DNA of 32,896 nucleotides from a virus (lineage: Duplodnaviria; Caudoviricetes). Below, piece by piece: positions 1 to 8,907 of this stretch. Position 1 is the first letter of the stretch. Every line of letters starts with the position of its first letter. Under the pieces are notes generated by a model. That model was not told where the DNA came from and did not search any database. It saw nothing but the letters and a program-made list of their open reading frames with translations. The stretch covers positions 1 through 32,896 of the IMG/VR virus record IMGVR_UViG_3300011335_000705. One strand, written 5' to 3'. Both the position numbers and the translations under genes were made by a program.

Positions 1-75
1 GTATCGGCTGAGCGGTTTGGGACGCAGTCTGGACCGGCCCCCCGGTTTTTTGGTGCGCGTGTGCGCGTTGGGTGG

Positions 76-420
76 TCATTTGTCTCCTCGTCGTGAGTTG
101 CATGATCGGTGTGCGGCCTGGAGGGGGCTGTCGGGGTCGCCGGGGGTGACGTGGTCGGCTGTCCAGGGGTCGGTTGCGTCGGCCCCCTTGCCGCAGATGT
201 GGCAGGTGATGGCGGTGGCGCGGACGTATGCGGCTTCGCGCCGGTATCTGCCTCGGTACAGCGTGGGTCGTTCGTGTATTTCGCAGTAGACGGCGCGGGT
301 GTGGAGCCGGCCGCAGTCAAGGCAGGGGATCGGGAAGCGTCTGGGTTTACTGGAGTCGCGGCTGCTCACGTCGCTCCGTGACGGGGCTGCCGTCGCTGTC
401 TTCCGGCTGGGTGTTGTCAT
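76..420 (-). CDS. HNH endonuclease (cos-packaging associated type)
   Basis: CxxC...C then CHICG...WTADHV...AAHRSCNSRRG HNH motif; circularly adjacent to terS as in cos phages. Start uncertain (ATG 420 or GTG 369). Confidence 0.85.
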   Translation of the reverse strand: MTTPSRKTATAAPSRSDVSSRDSSKPRRFPIPCLDCGRLHTRAVYCEIHERPTLYRGRYRREAAYVRATAITCHICGKGADATDPWTADHVTPGDPDSPLQAAHRSCNSRRGDK

Positions 421-523
421 TGAGGGCGGTGATCAGATCGTCAATGAATAGTCGTATAGACCCGCTGCTCGGGTTTCCGCTGATTCGCTCGGCGGTGGCG
501 CGGATGTCGTCGATGTCTGGCAT
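347..523 (-). CDS. hypothetical protein (58 aa, MPDIDDIRATAERISG...)
   Basis: Translated by hand; AAAGGAG Shine-Dalgarno upstream of ATG 523, TAA at 347-349; below the ORF track cutoff. Confidence 0.55.
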   Translation of the reverse strand: MPDIDDIRATAERISGNPSSGSIRLFIDDLITALNDNTQPEDSDGSPVTERREQPRLQ

Positions 524-702
524 GTTGTGTCTCCTTTGCGGTTGGTTCGATGGTACGCCTGGATGGCGTCGAGGTCGTAGAGGACGGTGCGCCCTCGCTT
601 GCCGGTGACAATGAGTTTACGTTGGAAGGTGAGTTGCCGTATCTGGTTGAGGCTGACGCCGAGGTGGTCGGCGGCTTCGATCGCGGTGATGCGTTCGGTC
701 AT
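433..702 (-). CDS. small HTH DNA-binding protein (MerR/excisionase-like)
   Basis: MTERITAIEAADHLGVSLNQIRQL...GKRGRTVLYDLDAI winged-HTH pattern; ATGA overlap with the upstream gene. Confidence 0.7.
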   Translation of the reverse strand: MTERITAIEAADHLGVSLNQIRQLTFQRKLIVTGKRGRTVLYDLDAIQAYHRTNRKGDTTCQTSTTSAPPPSESAETRAAGLYDYSLTI

Positions 703-1061
703 GGTGTTCCTTCCTTGATTGTCCAGGTGGTGGGGATGGGTTGGCCGCAGGTGTGTGTCGCGAACGTGGGCCGTTGCGGGTGGCCGGCTGGGTAGTCGCG
801 GATCCAGTGGTGGTCGCGGGGGACGAGCTGCTTGCGGGCGTAGAGGGAGAACGTTCGCCGGCAGTCGAGGAGTGCTTGGAGTTCGCCGGCCGGGTGGAGT
901 TGTCGGGGGTCGAGCCAGGTGTCGAGTCCGGTGATCGCGATCCCAGCTAGGCAGTGTTGTCGGCAGGTTCGGCATGTTCGTATTCCAGCGTTGCGGGTGA
1001 GTCCAGCTTCGGAGAGGACGCCCTTGTCGATGAGCATGGAGCGGAGCCATGGATCACTCAT
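699..1061 (-). CDS. hypothetical Cys/His-containing protein
   Basis: MSDPWLRS...CRTCRQHC...HTC; starts right after the palindromic non-coding block. Confidence 0.65.
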   Translation of the reverse strand: MSDPWLRSMLIDKGVLSEAGLTRNAGIRTCRTCRQHCLAGIAITGLDTWLDPRQLHPAGELQALLDCRRTFSLYARKQLVPRDHHWIRDYPAGHPQRPTFATHTCGQPIPTTWTIKEGTP

Positions 1062-1062
1062 G

Positions 1063-1157
1063 GGGGTGTGTATTCGGGCAGTGTGTATGTATGTATTCCC
1101 TAAAGGGAATACATACACATGGGTGTGTATTGAGAATACACATGGAATACACACCCC
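1063..1157. repeat. AT-rich nested palindromic array; candidate replication origin
   Basis: TGTATGTATTCCC-TAAA-GGGAATACATACA (1088-1117), TGTGTATT-GAG-AATACACA (1124-1142), outer 13-bp IR GGGGTGTGTATTC / GAATACACACCCC; directly downstream of the primase-helicase. Confidence 0.65.
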
Positions 1158-1166
1158 TTTGGGTGG

Positions 1167-3140
1167 TCATTTGGTGGTGTCGATGACGTAGAGCGGGTGT
1201 CCGTTCTTGCTCTTCGACACCTCGAATAGCGACCCGTCCTCGACCATCTTCTTGACGGTTGCATAGGTCTTGTTGCGGTCGCCGCCTACTGCCTGGCATA
1301 TCTGGTTGACGGATCTGGGGAGTTGGTCGTTGAGTATGTCGGCGATCTGGTTGGTCCTGCTGATGGCTTTGGTCTGTGACCTGTTCTGTCCGTTGAATGC
1401 GAGGTGTCCGGTGTCCGGGTCGTAGTCGAGTCCTTCTTCGGGGTGGTCGACGTCGCGGCCGTATGCGGACAGGAATCGTGGCTGGGTGGTGTTGAATGGG
1501 TCGTCTTCTGCTGGGTCGCTTCCGAGTCCTTTGGTGAGTGTCCAGATGGCGTCTGGTTCGTCGAGGAGCCTGCTGGCTCCGCGTGATCGCTGTCCTGCGT
1601 GCCCGGTGTGGTGGACGACGAGGTCGTCTGTGACGTCTGCTAGCCCGAGTGTCTCGCTCCACCAGGAGAAGAACAGGGCGACGTCGGTGTTGGAGTTCTC
1701 GTCGAGTCCGAGGGTGGCGAGGAGCGGGGCGAGGGGGTCGAGGATGACTGCTTCGGCTTGTTGGCTGCGGAGGAATGCTGCGAATCGTTGGCGGCCTTGC
1801 TGGGTTGCGAGGGTGAGGGCGGATGCCTTGCCTCGGAGGTTGACGACGCTGACCTGGTCGGTGTTGATGATGCCGGCGCGGCGCATCCAGTTGCGGATGA
1901 TGCGTTCGCCGACTTCCATGTTGAGGTAGACGACCTGTCCGGTGACTTGCTGGGTGGAGTGCTCGCCGAGGAATGCGCGGCCGTCGACGAGGGAGGGGAG
2001 GAGGTTGCCGACGATGGTGGTGGTCTTCTCTGATTTTGCTGCTGCTGCGAGAAGAATGCGTCCTTGGGAGGGCCACAGTCCGGTGACGCGGTATTGCTCG
2101 GTTTCGTCCGGCTGGGTGAGGAACTCGGTGAGGTTGATGGCGTCGAGTGGGTGGGCTTCCCCGGCTTTGTGGGCGGCGAGGAGCAGTTTGGCGTCTTCGT
2201 TGATGCGGAGTTCAGCGAACCTGCGTTGGACGGCTGAGTCGTATGGGCTGGGGTCTTGGGTGTCGTCTGTTGGGGGTTCGATGGTGTCGGCGGCGTTGGG
2301 GTCTTCTTCGAGGTCGTTGATGGTGTGGCCGGCGTCGAGGTGGTCGGATAGGTCTGATCCGCGTTGTCGTGGTGCTGGGCCGACGATGCGTGAGTATTCG
2401 GATGCGTAGGGCTTGATCGCGGCGAGTACCTGCTGGGCGTGGTGGAGTCCTGCGGGGTCGCGGTCGGCGATGATCTTGACGACGCGGCCGGTGAGCATTG
2501 ACAGGTCGGGGAGTGGCCCGGCGGCTCCGCCTGCGCTGGAGAGGGCGAGGAGTCCGAGCTGGTGGGCGCGGTCGGCGTCCTTCTCCCCTTCGACCCAGAG
2601 GACTGGTTGACCTGGCCTGTCGGCTAGGTGTTCGCTGCCGTAGGGGAGGAGGTCTTCGATGGCGGTGTTGAGGAGTCCGACGATGTAGGTCGCTCCTTTG
2701 ACGGTGCGCCATTGGAATCTCTTGTGGCCGCCGCCGAGGTCGTAGCGGATCTTGTGGAACGTGTTGCCGGCCGTGTCGTGGTACACGTATGTAGCGACCT
2801 CGATGCCGCCGCTGCTGCTCCCCGAGCTGCTTGATCGTGGCTTCGCTGGGATGAACTGCTGGCGGTCGCGGAGTCGTTGGGTTGATTCGCGGAACCAGAC
2901 GTCTGAGGGCTTGCTGCTGCAGCTGCCGCCGAAGCAGTACATGAGTGCGGTGCCGTCGATGGCCTCGGCGAGGGTCGCGGATGGGTTGAGGTCTGGGTGC
3001 GCGGGGTGGGGGCATTGGATGACCCATTGGCGTCGGCCGCCTTTGGATGGCTTGCTCTTGACGTATCCGCCGAGGTTCGCGATCTGGGCGGCGATTTCGG
3101 CCGGCCCTTCATTCGTGAGTATCTCGGTGATCGTCGTCAT
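1167..3140 (-). CDS. primase-helicase (Zn-binding + TOPRIM + RecA-like AAA_25 + C-terminal wHTH)
   Basis: QCPHPAHPD...CFGGSC Zn module; WVEGEKDAD and IIADRDPAG TOPRIM motifs; degenerate Walker A AAAKSEKTT, Walker B VILDPL, VVHHTGH...RSRGAS. Confidence 0.9.
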   Translation of the reverse strand: MTTITEILTNEGPAEIAAQIANLGGYVKSKPSKGGRRQWVIQCPHPAHPDLNPSATLAEAIDGTALMYCFGGSCSSKPSDVWFRESTQRLRDRQQFIPAKPRSSSSGSSSGGIEVATYVYHDTAGNTFHKIRYDLGGGHKRFQWRTVKGATYIVGLLNTAIEDLLPYGSEHLADRPGQPVLWVEGEKDADRAHQLGLLALSSAGGAAGPLPDLSMLTGRVVKIIADRDPAGLHHAQQVLAAIKPYASEYSRIVGPAPRQRGSDLSDHLDAGHTINDLEEDPNAADTIEPPTDDTQDPSPYDSAVQRRFAELRINEDAKLLLAAHKAGEAHPLDAINLTEFLTQPDETEQYRVTGLWPSQGRILLAAAAKSEKTTTIVGNLLPSLVDGRAFLGEHSTQQVTGQVVYLNMEVGERIIRNWMRRAGIINTDQVSVVNLRGKASALTLATQQGRQRFAAFLRSQQAEAVILDPLAPLLATLGLDENSNTDVALFFSWWSETLGLADVTDDLVVHHTGHAGQRSRGASRLLDEPDAIWTLTKGLGSDPAEDDPFNTTQPRFLSAYGRDVDHPEEGLDYDPDTGHLAFNGQNRSQTKAISRTNQIADILNDQLPRSVNQICQAVGGDRNKTYATVKKMVEDGSLFEVSKSKNGHPLYVIDTTK

Positions 3141-3183
3141 GGCGCATTCTCTCTCTCCCGGTGTGTGTCCCAATATTTCGTGT

Positions 3184-3443
3184 TGTCTAGTGGTGGTATC
3201 CAGTACTAGACAGGTTGTGTCTAGTGCTGGATATCCACTGCTAGACAGTTTCTGTCTAGCCGTGTACGACGTTGCCTCGTTGCCTCATGCAATTTGCTGC
3301 CTATCGGTAGACACTTTGTGTCTACTGCTGGATATCCACCACTAGACAGGTGGTGTCTACCGATAGACAGGCAGTGGGCGACGGCCTTCCCGACGTTGTC
3401 CGCCCGAGGAGTGCTATCCGCCTCCTCGAACCGTCGCCCACTG
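3184..3443. repeat. array of TGTCTA...TAGACA palindromic units and inverted repeats
   Basis: Three ~30-bp units (3184-3213, 3218-3248, 3319-3349), a perfect 14-bp IR (3301-3314 / 3353-3366) and a 13-bp IR (3372-3384 / 3431-3443) in a non-coding gap. Confidence 0.85.
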
Positions 3444-3445
3444 GA

Positions 3446-4036
3446 TCAGAATGGTGCCGTCATGTTGGCGAGGGCGGCGACCACTGTCTCCGGCAGGCCC
3501 GACGCGGTGGCGACTTCCTGAGTCGAGAGTCCTGCGGCGAGGAGCTGCTTCGCCGTCTCCACCGGATTCGCTGCCCCTGGTGCTGCGGGTGCGGGTGCTG
3601 CGGCCGGCTCGACGTCGAGGACGGCTGCGACACCTGTCGGCCCGGCCGTGAGCGCGTACTCGAACACGCGGGGGGCTTTCGCGTTGCCGATGCCGGACAC
3701 GTGCGTCGCGGTGAACCGCTGCCCGATCTGCGGCTCGGTGACTCCGGCCGCCTTGCACGCGGCGACCAGTGCCTTCTTCTGCCCGCTCCACAGGTTGATT
3801 GAGATCATGCGGGTGCCGTCGTCGTCCTGCTGCGCCTGGTCGCGGTAGTCGGTCGCCAACGTGACGACGACCTGCATCTTCGGGGTGCCGTCGTCCCACG
3901 TGTCGAGGTCGGTCGACTCGTACTTGCGTGACTGCCTCATGGTGACGTCGGTGATGATGCCGGTGTATGTGGTGCCTGGGTGCTCCCACTTGAGGTAGGT
4001 GCCGCCGGATGCCAGTGCGTCTGCTATTGCGCTCAT
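3446..4036 (-). CDS. putative single-stranded DNA-binding protein (actinophage type) with C-terminal HTH-like tail
   Basis: YLKWEHPG...GIITDV...WDDGTPKMQVVVTLAT OB-fold-like pattern, Ala/Pro linker, ends in PF; next to the exonuclease. Confidence 0.6.
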   Translation of the reverse strand: MSAIADALASGGTYLKWEHPGTTYTGIITDVTMRQSRKYESTDLDTWDDGTPKMQVVVTLATDYRDQAQQDDDGTRMISINLWSGQKKALVAACKAAGVTEPQIGQRFTATHVSGIGNAKAPRVFEYALTAGPTGVAAVLDVEPAAAPAPAAPGAANPVETAKQLLAAGLSTQEVATASGLPETVVAALANMTAPF

Positions 4037-4037
4037 G

Positions 4038-4913
4038 TCATGCTCCGATCGCTTGTGTGAGTGTTGGTGTTTCCTGCTTGTCGGTGAAGTTTCCCGCGCA
4101 GGATCGGGAATCGTTGGAGCCGTTCTGCTGGTAGTAGGGGCAGAATCGGCAGTATGCGGGTGCGGTGTCGAGGAGCGGGATCGCGAGGTTCGCACCCAGT
4201 CCGGTGATCGCGTTGGAGATGTTCCGTACCCGTTCGAGGGCGGCTTTCGCCCGTGCGGGGTCGAATGGGGCGTGCCAGACGTGGCGGTCGGTGAACTCTG
4301 CGTCGCGGGTGAGGAAGATGACGCCGACGGTGCGGACGTCGAACCCTTGGGCGGCCCATCCTGCGCCGTAGAGGTGGGCCTGTACTACGTACTGGTCGCC
4401 GACGCCGTGGGGGCGGTACTGCTCCCGGATCTTGTTGCGGGTGGTGGTTTTCCAGTCCCAGACGGTGCCGGTTGCTGCGTCGAACAGGTCGCAGCTCCCT
4501 TCGACGTCGACTCCGTTGATCGACATGCCGGGCTTGACCCGTTCCTCGACGTGCCACCGGGTCGCGGTGAAGTCTTCGGCTTCGAGGTTGCGGAGTTCGT
4601 CCCGGCCGATGATGTCGGCGAGGATCTCGTGCACGGCGGTCCCGACGAACGCCTTCCAGTTCACGGCGCCGACGCCGTTGACTGGCTGGGTGCCGGCGAG
4701 CTTGTATCCGATGCGGCGGTCGCAGGGGTTGCCGATCTCCGACGGCCCGATCGACGTCTGCAACGTGCGGGGCTGCTGGGCGATCGCCTGCTCGATGATG
4801 CCGAACAGTTCGGTCGCGAGGATGTCGGGGTCGATGTCGCAGGTCGCGTGCAGCCTGCTGGCCCCGATCGTCGTCATGGGTAGCCGGCACGCCCTGCAGA
4901 GGATGACGATCAT
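4038..4913 (-). CDS. Cas4-like PD-(D/E)XK exonuclease
   Basis: GPSEIGNPCDRR, GTAVH, VEERV, GSCDLFD, DWKT, QAHLYG, CRFCPY...C (four-Cys Fe-S pattern). Confidence 0.85.
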   Translation of the reverse strand: MIVILCRACRLPMTTIGASRLHATCDIDPDILATELFGIIEQAIAQQPRTLQTSIGPSEIGNPCDRRIGYKLAGTQPVNGVGAVNWKAFVGTAVHEILADIIGRDELRNLEAEDFTATRWHVEERVKPGMSINGVDVEGSCDLFDAATGTVWDWKTTTRNKIREQYRPHGVGDQYVVQAHLYGAGWAAQGFDVRTVGVIFLTRDAEFTDRHVWHAPFDPARAKAALERVRNISNAITGLGANLAIPLLDTAPAYCRFCPYYQQNGSNDSRSCAGNFTDKQETPTLTQAIGA

Positions 4914-5263
4914 AGGACGATCACTGACGGCTTGTTCTCGGTGCAGCAGAGGTCGTAGAGGGCGGGTGCGAGGATTGTCTTGGCCCGCTGCGGGTCGACC
5001 TGGAGGGTGGTGATCTGGGCGAGGACTTCCTTCGGCAGGTTGTCGGCAGCCAGTCCGGCATCGAATCTGCGTGCACCGGCCCGGACGGTGATGATCTCCT
5101 CCCCGTCGGGCGTGACGCCCCGCTCCCCGATGTTGAGGTATGCCTCGATGATGCGCTTGCATTCGGCTTCGATCGGGGCGAGGTTCTTCTTTATCTCGGC
5201 GATCTGCCGCAGCTCGATCGCTGCATTCAGGTAATCGCCATCCAATTTCACGTGCTCACTCAT
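4910..5263 (-). CDS. hypothetical protein
   Basis: MSEHVKLDGDYLNAAIELRQ...; overlaps both neighbours, consistent with translational coupling. Confidence 0.7.
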   Translation of the reverse strand: MSEHVKLDGDYLNAAIELRQIAEIKKNLAPIEAECKRIIEAYLNIGERGVTPDGEEIITVRAGARRFDAGLAADNLPKEVLAQITTLQVDPQRAKTILAPALYDLCCTENKPSVIVL

Positions 5264-6242
5264 TAGTGCTCCCGGTTGTCGTGTCGCTGAATAGGTCATC
5301 TTCCATTACGAGCACCTCGTCGACGAGGGCCATGTTGCGAACCGCCTGCACGTAGTACGACGGCTTCAGTTCGATCCCGATGCCGATCCTGCCCAGCCTG
5401 ACCGACTCGAACACTTCCGAGCCGACCCCGAGGAACGGGGTGAGGACACGCTCACCGGGTGACGTCCGCAGTTGCACGTACCGCGCTATGACGTCGAGCT
5501 GTAGCGGGTGTACGTGCTTCTCGTCGTCTGGATCCCTTGAGTCCCTGAACGGCAGGACGTGCCCCGGCCGGATGTCATCCCACACCGAACTTGCGTAGCG
5601 CCTCCAGATCCAATGAGAGTACCGGTTCTCTGTCTGCTTCCCGGTCCAGTTGCGGAACTTGTGGAGGTCGCCGGGCACTTCCTCGCTGCCCGCGTAGTAG
5701 TCCAGTCCCGTCGGGTGGACTGCTGGCTGCGTCGTCTCGCCGTGCTTGCGGAAGATGAGGAGTTCGTCGGCGGATGCGACACCGCCCATTGCCCCGTCTT
5801 CGACGATGGTGCGGTGCGAGAGGTTGTGCTGCATGGTGCGGTTCCGTACGGCGAGTGGTTCCTTCCATATCGCATAGCGTCCGATCCAGTCCCAGCCGTT
5901 GGCCTCGTGGAGCCGTATGACGTCGCCAGGGAAGTCGAACAGTGAATCGGTCCCCGAGTTCGACGATGGCACTGGCGCGACGTGTACGCCCGTCGTACGT
6001 CCGGGGAGGGTAAGCCGGTGGAGTTCTTTCACGAACATGCCGTAGTGCTCCCGGAACTCGGCGTAGTCGCGGGCGTTGGACACGTCCCTGTCGTTGCTGG
6101 AGTAGATGTACAGTCCGGCGAACGGCGGGGAGTAGATGGATCCGTGAATTGACGCGTCCGGCATCGCTGCCATCACGTCGAGGGCGTCCGCGTTGTATAT
6201 CGCGAACCTGTCGGTTATCTGTTGGTCTAGGACGCCAGCCAT
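5256..6242 (-). CDS. DNA methyltransferase, N4-C/N6-A beta class
   Basis: YSPPF catalytic motif N-terminal; HVHPLQLDVI and VLTPFLGVGSE...GIELK SAM-binding motif C-terminal. Confidence 0.9.
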   Translation of the reverse strand: MAGVLDQQITDRFAIYNADALDVMAAMPDASIHGSIYSPPFAGLYIYSSNDRDVSNARDYAEFREHYGMFVKELHRLTLPGRTTGVHVAPVPSSNSGTDSLFDFPGDVIRLHEANGWDWIGRYAIWKEPLAVRNRTMQHNLSHRTIVEDGAMGGVASADELLIFRKHGETTQPAVHPTGLDYYAGSEEVPGDLHKFRNWTGKQTENRYSHWIWRRYASSVWDDIRPGHVLPFRDSRDPDDEKHVHPLQLDVIARYVQLRTSPGERVLTPFLGVGSEVFESVRLGRIGIGIELKPSYYVQAVRNMALVDEVLVMEDDLFSDTTTGSTNE

Positions 6243-7597
6243 GCCGGTACCTCGATTTCCTGATCGTAGTTTCGTATCTCTATGTCTCTGGCTTGGTTCA
6301 TGTGGGCGACGAGCTGGCTGAACATCTCGTCGGCTTGCGTCGATTTCCTCTCTAGGTTCGCGAGGACGTTGCGGCCCCCCTCGGTCGCGATGACGTCGAC
6401 GATGACGTCCTTGGTCTGGCCGAAGCGCCAGCATCGGCGAACCGCCTGGTACCACTGCTCGTAGGAGTGGCTCGGGAAGTACGTCATCCGGTGGCAGTGC
6501 TGCCAGTTCAATCCCCACGCCCCGATCTTGGGCTTCGTGACGAGTGCTCGGATCTCGCCGTTGGTGAACGCGATGAGCTTCTCCTCCTTCGACTCCGGCG
6601 AGTCGGCGCCGGACACTTCGACCGCGCCGGGGATCAGTTTCGTCAACGTCGCGCTTTCGTCGTTGAGGTGGCACCATGACACGGACGTGTCGGCGTCTGC
6701 GATGGATGCCGCTGCCGCTTCGCAGCGCTCGACGAGGGTGCGCCGGCTTTCCTCCCGTTCCTCTCTTAGTCCTTTCGCGGGTACGTCGAACAGGGTGCCG
6801 TCGGCCGGCCGGTTCGCTTCGACGAGTGTCTGCCGTGTCCGCAGCGATGGGAGGACATAGTTGCCGTCGTCGAATCCGAGGTCGGACGGCCTGCGGGTCG
6901 CCCTGGCCCACGTCGACACCCATTGCCAGAACGGTTGCTCCGCGTGCCCCTTGAGCCTCCACTCCACTTGATCGCCTTGCATCCCGCGTCCACGGCTTGA
7001 CGTGGTGCGGAGCTTGTTGGTGAAGAATCGACTCAGCATGTCCATGTGCCCTAGCCCGCCGAGTGCCTCGCTGCTGGTTCCTAGTTCGATCCAGTCGTTC
7101 GGGGCGGCCGTAGCGGTCCCGAGGAGCCGGTAGGGGAGCCTGCGCATGAACTCTGTAACGGCGGATCTCGTGGCCCCGTCGAAGCTCTTGAGGATGCTTG
7201 ACTCGTCGCAGACGACCCCTGAGAAGTCGTTCCAGTCAAACTTCGACAGCTGCTCGTAGTTGGTGACGGTGATCGGTGCGGATACTTTGCCATTGCGGGA
7301 CATCGCGGCGTCGTGCCCGAACTTGCCGGCTTCCTTGACGATCTGGAAGCCGACGGCGAGGGGTGTGAGGAAGAGGACGGGCTTGCCGGTGTGCCTCGTG
7401 ACCTGCTCTGACCAGGCGAGCGACATCGGTGTCTTGCCCAGTCCGCAGTCGGCGAATATCGCGGCCCGACCTTGACGCACCGCCCACTCGACGAGTGCCC
7501 GCTGGAATGGGAAGAGATGCTCGGGCAGGTCGTTCGGCTCGAATCCTCCCGCGTTCTGCAACTGCGCTTTACGCGCTAGGAACTGCTCGTATTCCAT
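6227..7597 (-). CDS. SNF2-like superfamily 2 helicase
   Basis: LFPFQ, ADCGLGKT, TNYEQL, CDESS, TATAAPND, GLNWQ, QAVRRCWRFGQ. Confidence 0.9.
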   Translation of the reverse strand: MEYEQFLARKAQLQNAGGFEPNDLPEHLFPFQRALVEWAVRQGRAAIFADCGLGKTPMSLAWSEQVTRHTGKPVLFLTPLAVGFQIVKEAGKFGHDAAMSRNGKVSAPITVTNYEQLSKFDWNDFSGVVCDESSILKSFDGATRSAVTEFMRRLPYRLLGTATAAPNDWIELGTSSEALGGLGHMDMLSRFFTNKLRTTSSRGRGMQGDQVEWRLKGHAEQPFWQWVSTWARATRRPSDLGFDDGNYVLPSLRTRQTLVEANRPADGTLFDVPAKGLREEREESRRTLVERCEAAAASIADADTSVSWCHLNDESATLTKLIPGAVEVSGADSPESKEEKLIAFTNGEIRALVTKPKIGAWGLNWQHCHRMTYFPSHSYEQWYQAVRRCWRFGQTKDVIVDVIATEGGRNVLANLERKSTQADEMFSQLVAHMNQARDIEIRNYDQEIEVPAWLAS

Positions 7598-7962
7598 TCT
7601 GTTCTCCCGGTTGTCGTTTCCTGCGTGTCTCCGTAGCCGGCGGCTCGGAGAAGTTCGGTTAGCGTATCCAGTCGGATGATGACGGGCCATGACCCGATGA
7701 CCGCTGGTCCTTGGCCGTCCATTCTGAGGATCGCGAATGCCAGGTCGCCGTGGGCGGCGCGGTCGGCTTGCTGCCTCATCGCGGAGAGGGGGTCGAATCC
7801 ACGCCTCGCCTTGACCTCGATGTCGATGCCTCGCATCCCCGTGACGTCACTGCCCATCCGGCCGGCACCGACTGGTTCGGCATACGGCCAGCCGTTGACG
7901 GTGAACCAGTCGGCGACGATCCGCTGACTCTGGTAGCCGCGATGCTTACGATGCTGCGTCAT
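7576..7962 (-). CDS. Holliday junction resolvase-like PD-(D/E)XK nuclease
   Basis: RKHRGYQSQRIVADWF...GSDVTG...IEVKAR pattern. Confidence 0.75.
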   Translation of the reverse strand: MTQHRKHRGYQSQRIVADWFTVNGWPYAEPVGAGRMGSDVTGMRGIDIEVKARRGFDPLSAMRQQADRAAHGDLAFAILRMDGQGPAVIGSWPVIIRLDTLTELLRAAGYGDTQETTTGRTEWNTSSS

Positions 7963-8333
7963 GTCGTGCCTCCTGCTGGTAGGTTTGTGCTTGTCATCCT
8001 CCCGGTTGGCGCGGCCCGGCCCCGATCAGCCCCCGGCTCTCGGGGCTGAGTCGTCTCCGCCCTCCGTTTCGCCCTCGCTGCCTTAAGCCGTTCGTTGTGG
8101 CAGGTGCGGCAGACACGTGACGCGCTGGGCCGATTCGCCCGCTTGTCGATGCGGGTGCTCGCCTCCGTCCACTCGTGCCCCCGGATGCAATGCGTCGCGG
8201 TGGACGGGTCGAGGGTCGCGGCCCGATCGGCGACCAGTGGGACGACTGCCCGCATCCTGTCGTACGCCAGGCATTCGAGGCAGTCGAGTTCGTGCATCAC
8301 TGCCTCGCATCGTGGGCATCGGGTTTCGCTCAC
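7959..8333 (-). CDS. zinc-finger protein
   Basis: CPRC...CLEC and THCIRGHEWT...RVCRTC; GTGA overlap at 8330-8333. Confidence 0.65.
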   Translation of the reverse strand: MSETRCPRCEAVMHELDCLECLAYDRMRAVVPLVADRAATLDPSTATHCIRGHEWTEASTRIDKRANRPSASRVCRTCHNERLKAARAKRRAETTQPREPGADRGRAAPTGRMTSTNLPAGGTT

Positions 8334-8617
8334 TGGAGTGCCGTCTGGAGGAGGGTCCGATGCCATTCGACATCGGGGTCCGGTGGCATGGTCGCGAGGA
8401 TCGCCCGCGCCTGGTCTGCCTCGGACGATCCGGCTGCCCGTGCCTTCGCCATCCGCACTTCGCGACGGCTCGGGAACGGGTCCAGCCCGTCGAGGGCGAG
8501 GCGGGTGAGGGATTCGGTGAGGAGCCTGCGGATCTCCGTGATCCGTTTCGCGTGGGCGGCCCGCTCACGGTTGCTCATCCGCTGGATCTCGCCGGCCGTC
8601 GGAATGAGGATCGGCAT
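8330..8617 (-). CDS. hypothetical protein
   Basis: MPILIPTAGEIQRMS...; coupled to both neighbours by stop/start overlaps. Confidence 0.6.
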   Translation of the reverse strand: MPILIPTAGEIQRMSNRERAAHAKRITEIRRLLTESLTRLALDGLDPFPSRREVRMAKARAAGSSEADQARAILATMPPDPDVEWHRTLLQTALQ

Positions 8618-8907
8618 CAGTTGTCCTCCCGTGGTGCGCTGCGGATCGCCTGGGCAGCGATGTCCTTGTCGTCGTCGGATATCAGGTCGTCGAGGTCGCT
8701 GTCGCTGATTCGATCGTGGAAAGCAGCGACGCACCGATCGGTCTGATCCTCGCGCACCCGAGCGTCGCAGGCCCGTAGCGCGTCGCATATGCACTCGGCC
8801 ATGCAGTGCAGGCAGCGGCCGACGTAGTTCCCGCAGAAGCCAAAGGGGAACTCCTCGTCATCGCAGCATGGCTTGATGCGCGGGCACTCTGGTAGATGCT
8901 TAGTCAT
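8617..8907 (-). CDS. Cys/His-rich paralogue family member (MTKHLPEC...CICDALRAC)
   Basis: Shared N-terminal motif with the adjacent paralogues; GGAGGAG SD and ATGA overlap. Confidence 0.75.
   Translation of the reverse strand: MTKHLPECPRIKPCCDDEEFPFGFCGNYVGRCLHCMAECICDALRACDARVREDQTDRCVAAFHDRISDSDLDDLISDDDKDIAAQAIRSAPREDN

Noticed and set aside
1054-3027. Long Arg/Pro-rich alternative-frame ORFs (1054-2076, 2212-3027) and similar overlapping ORFs elsewhere
   Set aside because: Off-frame products of GC-rich coding sequence overlapping well-supported genes.
3184-3366. Repeat units as a mini CRISPR array
   Set aside because: Units are degenerate, nearly abutting or irregularly spaced, and lack unique spacers of uniform length.
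4038-4913. Cas4-like gene as part of a CRISPR-Cas system
   Set aside because: No cas1/cas2 or repeat-spacer array; solo Cas4-like exonucleases are common in phage recombination modules.
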